DNA of 64,000 bases from Cenococcum geophilum (taxonomy: Eukaryota), in NCBI GenBank assembly GCA_050273025.1, contig CP158635.1, forward strand, positions 29,326,001 to 29,390,000, read 5' to 3'. The notes below the pieces were generated by a model that was not told where the DNA came from, ran no database searches, and worked only from the letters and a program-made list of their open reading frames with translations. Shown piece by piece: positions 25,138 to 38,900 of the stretch (its first letter is position 1; the number at the start of each line of letters is the position of its first letter). The translations under genes and the position numbers were made by a program.

Positions 25138-26472
25138 TATAAAGGCTTTATATAGAGCTTTATGTAGAGCCTCTATACGTAGAGCTTCGCGCAGAGCCTT
25201 ATATAGAGCCTTTATATATAGAGCTTTGTATAGAGCTTTATATAGAGCTTTATATAGAGCTTCGTGTAGAGCTTTATATAGAGCCTTATATAGAGCCTTA
25301 GTACGTAGAGCTTTATGTAGAGCCTATAAAGCCTTATATAAAGCTTTATATAGAGCTTTATATAGAGCCTTATATAGAGCTTTATATAGAGCTTTATATA
25401 GAGCCTTGTGCAGAGCCTCTATATATAAAGTTTTATATAGAGCCTCGTGTAGAGCCTTATATAAAGCTTTATATAGAGTTTCGTGTAGAGCTTTATACAG
25501 AGCTTCGTATAGAGTTTTATATAGAGCTTTGTGTAGAGCTTTGTGTAGAGCCTTATATAGAGCCTCTATATATAGAGCTTTATATAGAGCCTTGTGTAGA
25601 GCCTTGTGTAAAGCTTTATATAAAGCTTCGTATAGAGCTTTATGTAGAGCTTTGTATAGAGCTTTGTGTAGAGCCTCATGCAGAGCCTCTATACGTAGAG
25701 CTTTGTGTAGAGCTTTGTGTAGAGCCTTATGTAAAGCTTTATGTAGAGCTTCGCGCAAAGCTTTATATAGAGCTTCGTGTATAAATTTGTATAGAGCTTC
25801 GTGTAGAGCTTCGTGTAGAGCTTTGTGTAGAGCCTTATATAGAGCCTCTATACGCAGAGCTTTACGTAGAGCCTTGTGTAGAGCCTTGTGCAAGGCTTCG
25901 TGTAGAGCTTTATGTAGAGCCTCTGTACGTAGAGCTTCGTGTAGAGCCTCTGTACGTAGAGCTTTGTGTAGAGCTTCGTGTAGAACTTTGTGCAGAGCTC
26001 TGTGCAGAACTTCGTGCAGAACTTCGTGTAGAGCTTTGTGTAGAGCTTCGTGTAGAACTTCGTGCAGAGCTTTATACAGAGCCTCTATACGCAGAGCTTC
26101 GTGCAGAGCTTCGTGTAGAACTTCGTGCAGAACTTCGTGTAGAGCTTTGTGTAGAGCTTCGTGTAGAGCCTCGTGTAGAGCTTTGTATAGAGCCTCTATA
26201 CATAGAGCTTCGTATAGAGCTTTATGTAAAACTTCGTGCAGAGCTTCGTATAGAGCTTTGTGTAGAGCTTCGTATAGAGCTTTATATAGAGCTTTATATA
26301 GAGCTTTGTATAGAGCTTCGTGCAGAGCTTTATGTAGAGCTTTGTATAGAGCTTCGTGTAAAGCTTTGTGTAGAGCTTCGTGTAGAGCTTTGTGTAGAGC
26401 TTTGTATAAAGCTTTATGCAGAGCTTTATGCAGAGCTTCGTATAGAGCTTTGTGCGGAGCTTCGTGCAGAGC
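25138..26472. repeat. 12-bp satellite (gtagagcttcgt) with occasional 15-bp variants
   Basis: More than 100 units; source of the spurious RALY/EALH ORFs. Confidence 0.95.
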
Positions 26473-26794
26473 TAGCTTAAGTCGCGATTTTAGCAATTTA
26501 CGGTAATTTGCAGCAATTCGCATAGGCTACTTATAAGAAGCTGCGTATTTATAGCAATTTACGGTAATTTACAGCAATTCGCATAGGCTACTTATAAGTA
26601 GCTGCGTATTTATAGTAATTTGCATAGGCTACTTATAAGTAGCTGCGTGTTTGTAGCAAATTGCTACGAATTGCCGTAAATTGCTACGAATTGCCGCAAA
26701 TTGCGACTTACGCAGGTTTTGCAGACCCGATTTTCGCTTGCAACAACATACCTAAAAAAAATTTCCTGATGTAGTATAGGATAAAGTCACTAAT

Positions 26795-28840
26795 TGTCTA
26801 TACGAGTAGAGGTTACATGGTTATGTCTCTAATTAGTCATCCTTACGGTAACTCATCAGCCCCCTATTTAGGCACCGCGATCCTTACAATCCTCTGCGAA
26901 AGATACAAATAAATCAAAGAACCTATTACCTTATATTGCAATTGCAGTACCCCCCTAGGTAATACCGACACTAATCAGTTGATATCATAGATTAGCCAGG
27001 TGTTATTATAAAGAGAGGCACCACGCGATTGCTCCTACCAAGGCCCGTTAACCACGTTATGTTTGCTAAGGAGAACCCTTCCTATATAGGCCCTAGGAAC
27101 TTAAAGAACCGACTCCTCCAAGGCTTCGTTCGGTTCGCGTCTATTACGTAAATTAACCCCGTACGATCTCTTCACTAAGTGCTAGTACCCCTAATACCCA
27201 AGAGAGACACCACGCGATCGCTCCTACTAAGGCCCGTCGATCTTGTCGCGTTTGCTAAGAAGAACCCTTCCTACCAAGGCCCTAGGAACTTAAAGAACCG
27301 ACTCCTCCAAGGCTTCGTTTGGTTCGCGTCTACCACGCAAAATTAATACCTAGTACGACCTCTTTACTAAGCGCCAGTACACCCAGCAGCGTCAGCAGCA
27401 CCCCTACCTATACCCCTACCTACACTACAACCTATACTACAACCTATACCACGATCTACGCTAGTTAATTATGTCCAATATACGAACCCAACGTCCAAAC
27501 TAGGCTAATGAAATTACCCTAACTAACAAGACTACTGCAGAGGATATTACTAATTATATTTACTTTAAAATTAATAAGTATACTAGCTACAACTTTAAGA
27601 ATAAAACCCTATAGGATTTATACCAAGAGGACTTCGATAATTTTAAGGTATAAACATTTAAGGACGCTAATAGGTCTGTAATTAAAAGACTTAAATAACT
27701 GCTCCAACGTAATGGAGTATAGGTCTTTAATAAAAAGAGTAAGTTAGTACTATAAGCACTATATAACGTCGCTTATAAGAACAACCGTACGGAATAGTTA
27801 GATGCAGAAATTTAGCTATATATTAACAGCGAAGGACCCTTTAATTTGTATGCTATTAACTATTATCTTAAATTACGCCCACTTGCCACTACCCCTAGGA
27901 CACCTTAACCACCTGCTGCGTTTATACCCTAGCAAGCTCCGTCCACACAAGCTTTGTCCGCGCAATCTTCGTCTGCGCAAGCTCCGCCTACGCAAGCCCT
28001 ATTTATATAAGCCCCGTCCACGCAAGCTCTGTTTACATAAGCTCCGCCTATATAAGCTCCGTCTACGCAAGCTCCGCCTATATAAGCCTTATCCGCATAA
28101 GCTCTGTCCGCGCAAGCTCTGCCTACGCAAGCTTCGCCTACGCAAGCTCCGTCTACAGAAGCTCCGCCTGCGCAAGCTCCGTCCGCACAAGCTCCGCCCA
28201 CGCAAGCTCCGCTAGCTTTACTCTCCCCCTTAACTAAAGCTAAGGACCTACGGCAGCCAAGCTTATACGAACCTCCGTAACCTACCTGGCAACAGCGCAA
28301 CTTAGCTCTAGCTATCTTAAATAACCTTCCTATAGCCGAGCTCCCCTTACCTATAAACATTACTATCTGCTGCCTCCCCTACAGATCTGCTATATCGAAA
28401 ATTACGTTAATAGCGCGCCCTAAATGCCAGCGTACTTCTCCCCCCCCTATGGCCTTTATAAGCTACGAATACTACGTTAATAAAGTCTATATATTAGTGG
28501 TTTTACGCATAAAGAAAGAACTGCTAGTGTTAGAATATATAGATAGAGTCTACTAACTAAACAATTGTACTATTACGCCTATAGTCCGTCTAAGCTGGTA
28601 CTGTACTACTATATACTTCTCCTTTATACTTTCTTACCTTCTTTCCTTTTTATAAATGTCGCCAGTGTCTATATAAGTAGAGGTTATATAGTTATATCTC
28701 TAATTAGTCATCCTTACGGTGACTCATTAGCCCCCTATTTAGGCACCGCAATCCTTACGATCCTCTATAAAAGACATGAATGAATTAAAGAACCTGTTAC
28801 CTTATATTGCAATTGCAGTACCCCCTAGGTGATACCCACA
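26795..28840 (+). mobile_element. Internally deleted LTR retrotransposon (LTRs 26795-26970 and 28666-28840) with gag fragment only
   Basis: TG..CA LTR pair, ctaat flanks at 26790-94 and 28841-45, PBS-like tgatatcatag, gag-like frame from 27471 with a 15-bp QAPPT repeat (~27930-28212). Confidence 0.8.
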
Positions 28841-29149
28841 CTAATTCTTTTACTATTTATAAGATATTATAAAGGGGGGAAGTGCCTATTAGTATAAAAG
28901 ATTTTTTTTCAATTAAAACAATCTTATATAATAAAATAGTAAAGTTTTAATACTAAAAAAAAATTTGCTTTATTAAAAGATCCTTTAAAGGAATTATAAT
29001 AATTCTATAATAGGCCATTATAGCTTTAATTATACTTATAAGGTAATTATATAAAAGTATATTTAAGATATACTTTTTAAAGACCTTTATAGAGATTTAA
29101 ATTAATATAATACCTATTAATGTTTTAAAACTTATTACTATATACTTAT

Positions 29150-31204
29150 AGCACCCTAAAAAAGCTCCTAAAAAAGATAGTTATAAAATATATATAAGAA
29201 GCGGCGGAAGTATAGAATCTGCTACTATAGACATAAATAGGCGTAAGAAAGAAAAGATCGACTCTCTTAGCCCTTTCCCTAATTACCTCTTATATTTAAG
29301 CGGTATAGTAAGCTTACCTAGGATATACTATATTTATGCTAAGCCTAGACCTAAGCGGAGTATTAGATAATATATTTTATAAGAGACTTTTATAGATTTT
29401 AAGAAATAAAGGCTTACTAAATTAGATAATTAAGTTTATCTAGGCCTTTCTAAGAGGGTGTATTATAAAAATTATAATTAAGGGCTATAAAACTGAATTA
29501 ATACTAATACCTATAGGTATCCTATAGGGATTACCCCTATTACTAATTCTATTCCTTTTCTTTATATCTAAACTACTGGAGATATATAATAATAGCTAGG
29601 ATATAATAGTCTAAGGATTTATAAATAATATAAATTTAATTATATAGGAAAATATAGTAGTAGAAAACTATATTAGGCTAAACTAGGCTTATAATAGGTA
29701 TATTATATAGGTAAAATAATACGGCGCTAAATTCGTGTTAGATAAATATTAGCTTATCTACTTTATAAGGAAAAGGAGGGTAAGTAGTAGCCTAGCCTTA
29801 ATAGTAAATATCTAAGGCTATAAAGTAAAACTAGAAGCTACCCTTAAGGTCATAGGGGTTTAGATAGACTCTAGGTTAAACTAGAACAAGTATATTATAT
29901 AGACTACTTATAGGGAAGTAGTAGTATTTTTGGCAGTATTATAAATTACTACATTAATATAGGGACCCTCTTTTAAATATATACGCCTACTATATATAGT
30001 AGTAGTAAGGCTAATAATACTATACGGCTCCTAGATCTAGGGCCTAGGACTAGGTAATAAGGTACTAATAAAAATCTCTTTAGCGCCACTAGCTAAGCTA
30101 TAAAACTAGAACTATAGGAGCCTTAGAAGAATATTACGCGCTATACTAGAATATAAAGCCGTAGTTCTACTACTAGACTTATATATTAACTTAACTATTA
30201 TATAGAGAGCAGTTATAGTATAAGGCTACCTAGTAGAAGAAAATATATAATATATACTAAAATATATATAAGGAACGAGATATATATTAAAAGCGATAGC
30301 CCCTTAAAGGGGCAATACGCCTAAATATACTAGCTAGGAAGCCCTCTACCTATAAGTAGTAGAGAGAAAAAAGAAAATATAGGAACTATTAGCTGACTAA
30401 GCAGAGACCTAGCGCTATACTAGTAGAGCGCTATAACAGTAATAGAGGATAGGAGGTTACTAATATAGATAGAGATTTACTATACTAATTATAAGATAGG
30501 CAGATCTTAAATAGAAGCAATAATAGAAGGAGGTAGTAAAAATATAAAACGCAGCTATATAGAATACCCTATAGTTAATACTAACTCTCTCCCTATATAA
30601 AGGACTAATAAAGGTAAAATCTATAGCCGCCTTTCTACTATAGATAAAGGTCTTAGGTCTAAATATATAGCTAGTATCTATATTTTAAATATCTTGCCTT
30701 AATATATATACAAGTGGCCTATTTAGTTAGTATACTATATACTACTATTCTATAGCTACCGCTTAGTAAGGAACTAGCTACTTACTAGCGTAGGTATAAA
30801 TAATATTACTTAGATACTCTCTATAAGTAGGGGCTTATAGGTAGTAGTAAAATAGCTTATAGGTAAAGAAATTCTCTAGTAGTTTTAAATAGCATATAAG
30901 ATCTAATAGGAGGATACTAAAAAATACGCCCTATTCTAGCCCCTTAAGGACTAAATATCCCCACCTAGCTATAGGCGGCTTACTAGCGAATTACTAGACC
31001 CTCCTACTACCTCCTTTAGATCTTCTAATATACCTAGGAAGTATAGTATATAAGGTAGACTAGAAGATATACTAGCTAGGCGAAGATGGAACGAGTAGGA
31101 CTAGCTAAAAGGAAATACTTAGGGTTTTCCCCTTATAGGGCTTTTTTCTATATAGACCTAAAAAGGGACCAAATTGGGTAATAAATAGAATTAATAATAA
31201 TAAT
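29150..31204 (+). mobile_element. 5'-truncated LINE (Tad-like RT to 3' tail), RIP
   Basis: De-RIPped GIPxGSPLSPILF, GFVDD and LGVWID motifs; ends in (TAA)n. Confidence 0.85.
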
Positions 31205-31269
31205 TATATAGGCGGTTATATAGCTAATTATAGAACCTTCCTAGTATATTAGTGCTGTGTGTTAGTAGA

Positions 31270-34200
31270 GCTTTAAAGCTCCATATAAGGTTTTGAGCAG
31301 AGCTTCGAGTAGAGCCTTGCGTAGAGGGCCTTGTGCAAAGCTTCGTGCAGAGCTTTGTGCAGAGCTTCGACTAGAGCTTCAACTAGAGCTTTGAGTAGAG
31401 CTTCGAGCAGAGCTTCGAGCAGAGCTTCGAGTAGAGCTTCGACTAGAGCTTCGATTAGAGCTTTAAGCAGACCCTCGACCAGAGCTTTAAGCAGACCCTC
31501 GACTAGAGCTTTAAGCAGACCCTCGACCAGAGCTTTGAGTAGACCCTCGACCAGAGCTTCGACTAGAGCTTTGACTACAGCTTCGACCAGACTCTCGACT
31601 AGAGCTTTGACTAAAGCTTCGGCCGGAGCTTCGGCCAGAGCTTTAACTAGAGCTTTAACTAGAGCCTCGACCAGAGCTTCAAGCAGAGCCTCGAGCAGAG
31701 CTTTAACTAGAGCTTCGACCAGAGCCTTGAGTAGAGCTTTGACTAAAGCTTTAAGTAGAGCCTCGAGCAGAGCTTTAAGCAGAGCCTTGAGCAGAGCTTT
31801 AACCAGAGCTTTGACTAGAGCCTCGAGCAAAGCTTCGACTAAAGCTTTAAGCAGACCCTCGAGCAGAGCTTCGAGCAGACCCTTGAGCAGAGCTTTAACT
31901 AGAGCTTCGACCAGAGCCTTGAGCAGAGCTTCGACCAGAGCTTTAAGCAGATCCTTGACTAGAGCTTCGACCAGACCCTTAAGCAGAGCTTTAACTAGAG
32001 CTTTGACCAGAGCTTTAAGCAGACCCTTGAGTAGAGCTTCGAGCAGGCCCTCGACTAGAGCTTCGACCAGACCCTTGACTAGAGCTTTAACCAGAGCTTT
32101 GACTAGAGCTTTAAGTAGACCCTTAAGCAGAGCTTTAACCCAGTAATGGAACTGGATTGGCGTAGATTGGCGGCAGCCTTTAAATCTACACCAGCTAATA
32201 TAATCCTTGGCGGCGCTCCAGGAGCGCTACTGGATATCCAGCTGTTAGTATAGAGGTCTTGGCACGATTTTGGTGTTAGTTAAGGAAGATGGTGGGGGCA
32301 AATATTATAAGATTTAACTATATTACTCCTCTAGCTCGTCCTCCTCATCCTCCTCTTTAGGATTATCGCTATCCTTAAGCGGTATTACCTCGCTTAGCGT
32401 GTTGTCGTCGACCTCAATAGCAGCGAGAGTCTCTTCTAGCGGCTTTTTACCTATGGCGACAGCTGCTTGCTCCGCGTCATCTTCTACCCTAATAGCCTCT
32501 TGCTCTGCGGCGGCTAAAGATAATAATATTGCTTCCTACGCAAGCTTATATTTATCCAGTAGAACCACCTTATTACGCTCCTCTACACCTTCCACCACTT
32601 CCACGTTATCGTCGTTAAAGGCGCCTTATAGTGGAGGCCTGTATCAGTGCCGCAGAAGCTTACTTGCTTTAACTATATCCATCCTAAGCCGCGATTGTCG
32701 GTCCTCTAGTAGTATCTTAGCGCTGCTAAATAGCCGCTCGCACTTATCTGATATTGGAGGTATAGTAAGGATATTAAGGGCGAACTAGGTAAGTTCTGGT
32801 TAACTTATATACCAATTATTCCAGTATTTAACTAGGTTAAATTCGTTTAGCTCGCTATTAGTAAGGTAAAGGACGTTAGTTTTAAGGTATTTAATAAGGT
32901 AATTAAGAAAGGATGGTTTGGCCGTAGTGGTAGGTTTATAAGCAACCTTAAGGCGCTTATAAGCTCGGGCGGCGGTAAACGACTTTAAGTTCTTTGGCTT
33001 TATAGATAACCGGCCTTTTATAAGTAAGGAAGACGCTAGCTATAAGGGACGCTTATTAGCTTAATATGTTAAATGGAGTTCCTTAACTAAGGATTTAACT
33101 CTATTAATCTAATTATCCTTTACCGGGTGGCCGCGCCACTATTACTTAAACTAGCTTATCTTAAGTATTGGATTCAAAACAATTACAGTATAGTACGCTG
33201 CCGTGTTATCTACCTTAAGGTAGTACTTCTTATACTTTACCCAAGCCGCTTTAGCGCAGCCAGCTAGATAGGTGTAAGTCTTAACATCTAGGCTTCGCTT
33301 CTTCTTCTTCTTAGCGAGATTAATAAAGTATTTCTTTATCTGCTCTAGCTTATAAAGAAGCTAATTAAGTATCTAGAAATAATCTGTAAGGTCTATCTAT
33401 TTGCCCTTAATGGTAAGCGTAGCTTTATAAAACTTTTCCAGGTATATATAAAGATATTTAAGCTCTAGCCAGTGGCGAGGTTTTAGCTTATTGTGCTTAG
33501 TAAGAGGTTTTAAGCCAGCTAGGGCAGCGTATAAGGTAATAAATTTATTAACGCGTTCTTTATAGTTTAGGAACCGGCTAATAGCTATAAATAGTGAGTT
33601 CTATTATATAGCGTTATTTTAAATAAGCTATTTAGTTTATTAATATTGTAATTAATTAGAAGAGGATTATTATAAATCCACCTCTATAGCTAATTAAGTC
33701 CCTAGAATTAATTAAGTAAGGTAGCGAATATTATAAACTCTCTTAACACTATATACCTGTAGTTTATTAAATTCCGCTAATAAGCCCCCCGTTTTAATCC
33801 TTTTAAAGAAGCTTTGCTATTAGGGAGTTATACAAATATACCAGACGAGATTTTATAGTAAACTAACTACTCCGCGCTTCCTTTAAAGCTAGCTAGCCTT
33901 TTCTATATTACCTTTATAGATAGCTATTTTTAGTTAGCAGTAAACCTTTTTAGCGTCCTTACTAATAATAAAAGCCTAGGCGTAGAGGTTAATAATATAA
34001 CTAAAGCAGTAAAGACGGTGGGCCTTTTTTTACTTTACTAATATATTTAAATATAGTGCTTAAAGAACCGCATTAATGCACTTATTGTTTAACTCTGCAT
34101 TATCTGCTATAAAATAGCCAATCTTTCTAGCGATCTTATACTCCTTAAAGAGAGCAACTAGGATGACCGCTATGTTCTCGCCGCTATATTTACTAAGGAC

Positions 34201-35545
34201 CTCGCGAAGCCCTATAATTATATAGCGTTAATTACCGGATTAGTTAATATAGTGCGCTATAACTCTAAGAATCGCATAAGCGTTTAGTGATGTCTATAGG
34301 TTAAAGAATATTAATATTAAGCTCCGCGCCGCCTTTATCTTAACCTTAATATTCTTCCTCCACTAATTAAACGCGTAGATTACCCACTTTTGGATTATTT
34401 TACTGGCTTTTAGCAGTAAGCTCGCTAGCTTTAGATATATATAATAAAGGAGCTAGCAGAAGTACGAGTTTTTAAACTAAAAGAAGGCGATATAGTAGTA
34501 GACAATCTATTGGACTAATATAGCTTTAAAACCATTAAAAGCTCGTTAGCGATTAAGAGCGTAGGCGTTAGGAAAACCCTTAATTATTAGCTGGTTTAGA
34601 TCCTCTAAAGGAGGCTATTAAATCTAGCCAGTATCCTTATCTATATGGTGTTTATTAACAAGGTAATTAAGCGCCGTTAATCTTCCCTTTATAACTCTTA
34701 TAAGCTCTTACTAACGCCGTTCCTTCTTATATAGATAGCAGTAATCGAACTGCTTCTTGCCGTCGCTACCTTTTAATATAATATCCTCTCCCTATATCTA
34801 GATTAATAATATTCGCTACTTAGTATGCTTTAGCAGTTTTATTAAGCTTTAATAGTAAATATAGACCTTTCCTTTATAGCGGAACTCCTCTACTTTACTT
34901 ATTAAATTAATTGCGTTTGGATTGACATTTTGCGGCGCTAGAATAATATTATTAGAGGTAGAAGAGATGTATAGAGGGAAGAGACGCTGCTAGATCCTTA
35001 GCATGGCGAATAATACTAAGGGAGAGGTGGTAATAGAGGTTAGTAGAGGGAGGAACGGCCTTAGTAAGAGCGATATTATAAGTAAAGCTATGGTATATAG
35101 CAGCGGTAAGAAAGCAGCGATAATCGGGCGTCCTTAATTTGGTGGCTAATACTATATATAAGGGACGCGCAGTTATTACTTACTCCCCCGATTAGCTATT
35201 TGCTGCGCACTAACTATATAGCGCCTAACCTCCCTTCTAATAAGGTATAGGCTGTAGCGCACTAGGAGCTCTATAAGCTTTAATTTACGCCACGCCGGCG
35301 TTAAGATTAAAGGATCCAGATCTAAATCCAGCTAGAGCTCCACAGCCAATTTAAATAGACGCCAGTCTAATTCTATTACTGCTTTAACCAGACCCTCAAC
35401 TAGAGCTTCGACTAGACCCTCGACTAGACCCTTAATTAGACTCTTAACCAGACCCTTAACTAGACCTTTAATTAGACCTTTAACTAGATCTTTAACTAGG
35501 GCTTTAAGCAGAGCCTTATGCAGAGCTTTATATAGAGCTTTGTAT
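31270..35545. repeat. 12-bp satellite (cagagcttcgac) split by a hAT insertion (31270-32140 and 35382-35545)
   Basis: Array continues on both sides of the ctttaacc TSD. Confidence 0.9.
32141..35381 (-). mobile_element. hAT DNA transposon (RIP)
   Basis: TIR cagtaatggaactggattggcgt, 8-bp TSD ctttaacc; de-RIPped DLWTSPN, RCFGHIINL, TRWNS, CERLFSSA. Confidence 0.93.
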
Positions 35546-35989
35546 AGGCATTCGTGTAGGCGTTTATATAGGCATTTGTACAGGCTTTTATGTAGGCTTT
35601 TATATAGGCGTTTATATAAGTAGCGGAGGAGTAATAAAGCAGGTAATAAGGCCTAGAGTTAGTCTAGATACAATATATTAGCTATTTAGATGTTTATCTA
35701 CTATAAATATTAATAATTAGTGGCTCTAGCTAAATGTTTACTGTTTTAGTGGTAATATTTTAGGCAAAACATAGCGATAACCACCAGGCCGTTTGCAATA
35801 ATTTTGGCAGCATTAAAATTGCCCTACAAAGCTCTAAAATATAACGTTGGCCGATTATTGACCCAAGGTACGAGTGGTCTATATTTTTAGGTCTTAAAAT
35901 TTAAACCCTACCAAGCTGGCTTCTAATTGGTTAAAAAAAGTGCGTGTAGTAAGTTGTGGCAGAATCCACGTGACGAACATCAAAATATT

Positions 35990-38900
35990 TGTCAATCGGA
36001 CGTCCGTGCACCGATTGTAAGAAAAGATTAAGGACTCTGTCTATTAAATAGTGGCTCTAGAGCCTCTATATATATATAGGAAAGGTGTAGGAAATGAGAA
36101 CGAGAAGGGGGTAGGGGGGTGGCAATGGAAACAAGGGGTAGGTGACTGAGTCAATGATTAAGTCAATGATTAAGTTAATAACTGAGTCAATAGGAGGCAG
36201 CTGAGTCGGTGATAAGATAACCTGATTCAGGTTGACACACCCCCCCAGCTAATTAACTGGTAGGTGATTAGCTGGATATACCTAAATAGGAAATATTTAT
36301 AGTGTTAAACTAAATAGAAACCATCTAAAAGTAAGAATTTGATAAGGAAATTGTGTAAATAGGTTAAATAGTATAGTTAAATCTGACTATAATAGGGTCT
36401 TAATATCAATTAGATTCAGTTATTAAATAAAGCTCTTGTGCTTCTGCCTTGGCAGGGCCTTCGTGAGACCATTAGCTGTTATGTTAGTAGTAGGGACCTA
36501 CTTAATTATAATTGAGCCCTTCTAAACTTCTTGGCGAAGCTAATGCTGGTAGATATCTACGTAATGAAGCTTTATGCTTAATTGGGGTCCGTTTTTAGTA
36601 AGCAGTTAAATCGTCTATAGGTTGTTGCAGCCAATTATATGCTCCTTATTCGTGTGGAGTTATATAGCTTAAAAGAAGCGCTGCCACTAAATTAATTCGG
36701 TAGCTGCATTTAATAGAGCCTTAAGCTTAGCTTTAGTACTTAATATCGTGACTGTCTTCTGCTTGGTGGAGCGCCAGTTAATTACTCCCCTAAATAGTGA
36801 AAATATGAAGCCTTTAGTGCTCTTCCAACTGATAGGATTATCGCCAAATGCAGCGTCGCTCATATAGACGACGATCTGACTTCTAATATTCCTGTTTAAG
36901 TATTCGATTGCCAGGGTTCTTGTTTAATAGAGGTATGCAATCGCTTAATTAACTACGGCTTCGTACAGGGGCGACGGATTGCGAAGGAATTCTACGAGCT
37001 TGCTCGAGGCTCGAGCGACGTTAGGTCGTATAATGCAGGTAGTGTATAATAGTGAGCCGACCTTCTGTTGATACATATAGACCTGCTGCTTAGAGGCCTA
37101 TTCTGAATTAGGTAAGAGATCGTCCGTACTTATTAGCGTATGTATTGGACGATAATCTTTTAGATAGAAGGTGCTGGCGATCTTATTAATATAGGAATCT
37201 TAATAGAGCTAAAGCTTTCGTTAAGGTCGATCGCGGAGGATTCTAATTCCTAAGAACTAGGTTAGTTCTCCTAGGTTCTTAATCTCGTACTTCTTCGTTA
37301 GCTCTTCCTTAAAGAGTTAAAGCTTTAGTAGGTCTTCTATACGGCAGGCTGCTATAATATTGTTGATGTAAAAGAATACGATTAGCTAGTCGTTATAAAA
37401 TAGGTATAATTCTCTATTGGCTGCCGTTAGACCTAGGGTCGTTAGGGTAGTTAAGAACTTATTAAACTAAAGCAGTGGTGATCGTCTAAGGCCATATAAG
37501 GCTCTTCGAAGGAGCAGACACCTGCCCTTTTATTAAAAGCTATTTGGAAACTCGATATAGACTATCTTATCAATAAGGCTGTTGGTAAAGGCGTTAACTG
37601 CGTCGCACTGCTAAGTCTCCAGATTATATACAGCGACGATCGCTATTATAGCCCTAAATATTTTTGCTGTAAGGGTTGCTGCATACGTGTCCTTTTCGCT
37701 AGGTCGTTATAAGTTACCTTATATACAAAGACGGGCTTTAAATTTAACTAGATATCTATTAGTGTTAAACTTATAAGTAAACACCTAGGTAACGGGTAAG
37801 ACGTTAAGCGATACTGTCCGTACAACGGTCTTAAATGTCCCTCGCTGCTTAAGATTACTAAATTCCTTATTGGCGGCTTCCGTAAAGCCATCTTTATACG
37901 GGTAAGCTTAAAGCTCCTTCTAGCTGCGAGGTAGTAATAGAAGCTCGTCGCGGTATAATCGCTTTTGGTAATATTTAATTCTGGTAGCAAAAGCTTTATA
38001 GAAGGCAGGAAGGGTATCTAATTACTTAATATCTATAAGATAAGCTTCTTGACGCGTTAAGGGCTTTTTAGTTCTTCTGCTTGTTATAATATTAACATCG
38101 CCTATATTGCCGTAGATCTCCTATCTTAGATAGGCTTGTTCTCTAGAAACGAGTTTAAATTAGGGTTTTTGCTTAATTGAGGCACTTAACGGCTCTACAT
38201 TGGTAGTATCTAATTGAGGTTTTGGCGTCTTAGCTAGGGTAGGGAGGCCTGGTGTAGAGTCGTCCTTAGAGGCTTATAGGCTAATTACGTTATTATCCTA
38301 ATCTGTCGCTTGATCTTGATTTTCATTAGCATCTACCTATTAACTTCCACTAATATCCACCTTGTCCTTCTTATCTAACGTCTTATCTAACGTCTCGTTA
38401 AGCTCTTCCTAAAGCGTCCTATTGATATTTGACATATTAATTACCTCTAAAATTTAATCCGCACGTTTCTAGAGCAGATTCGCGAGATCTGGCTAACTGT
38501 CGTTATAGAGCAATTGCTTGTTAAACGTCACGTCCCTCGTTTAAATTACCTTCTTTTCGCTAGGTATATAGACCCTAAAGATGTTTATCGACTAGTACCC
38601 CACTAGGTATCTAATATAAGCCCTTGGCTTAAGCTTTCGTATGCGTAGGATTTTGTATTTAAGCGGGTAAGCTCTACAGCCGTATGCTCGTAGGTAAGCT
38701 ATATTTGGCTTCAATGGCGAGAGCCCTAGTGCTAACTGGAGCTTCTTAAAAGGTATTATCCAGCCGAGCTGGGCGCTCGGTGTCCGATTAATTAAGTATG
38801 CTACAGCCTTAACGATTTCTAGCTAGATCTCTTCTGGTAATTAAGCCTTAATCCGCATATATTAAGACTTAATAATAATTACCCCCCTAGAACGTTCGGT

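Larger units (their letters stand above)
23913..26771. mobile_element. Non-autonomous TA-TIR (Tc1/mariner-like) element filled with tandem repeats
   Basis: TIR catcaggaaattttttttagg..gttgttgc (left copy RIPped), TA at 23911-12 and 26772-73; no transposase recognised. Confidence 0.8.

Noticed and set aside
25124..26523. 460-aa and 399-aa ORFs (RALY / EALH repeats), and similar ORFs at 16043, 31273 and 31331
   Set aside because: Translations of the 12-bp satellite, open on both strands.
27802..28360. KLRLR and GACV repeat ORFs
   Set aside because: Alternative frames of the 15-bp repeat in the gag fragment.
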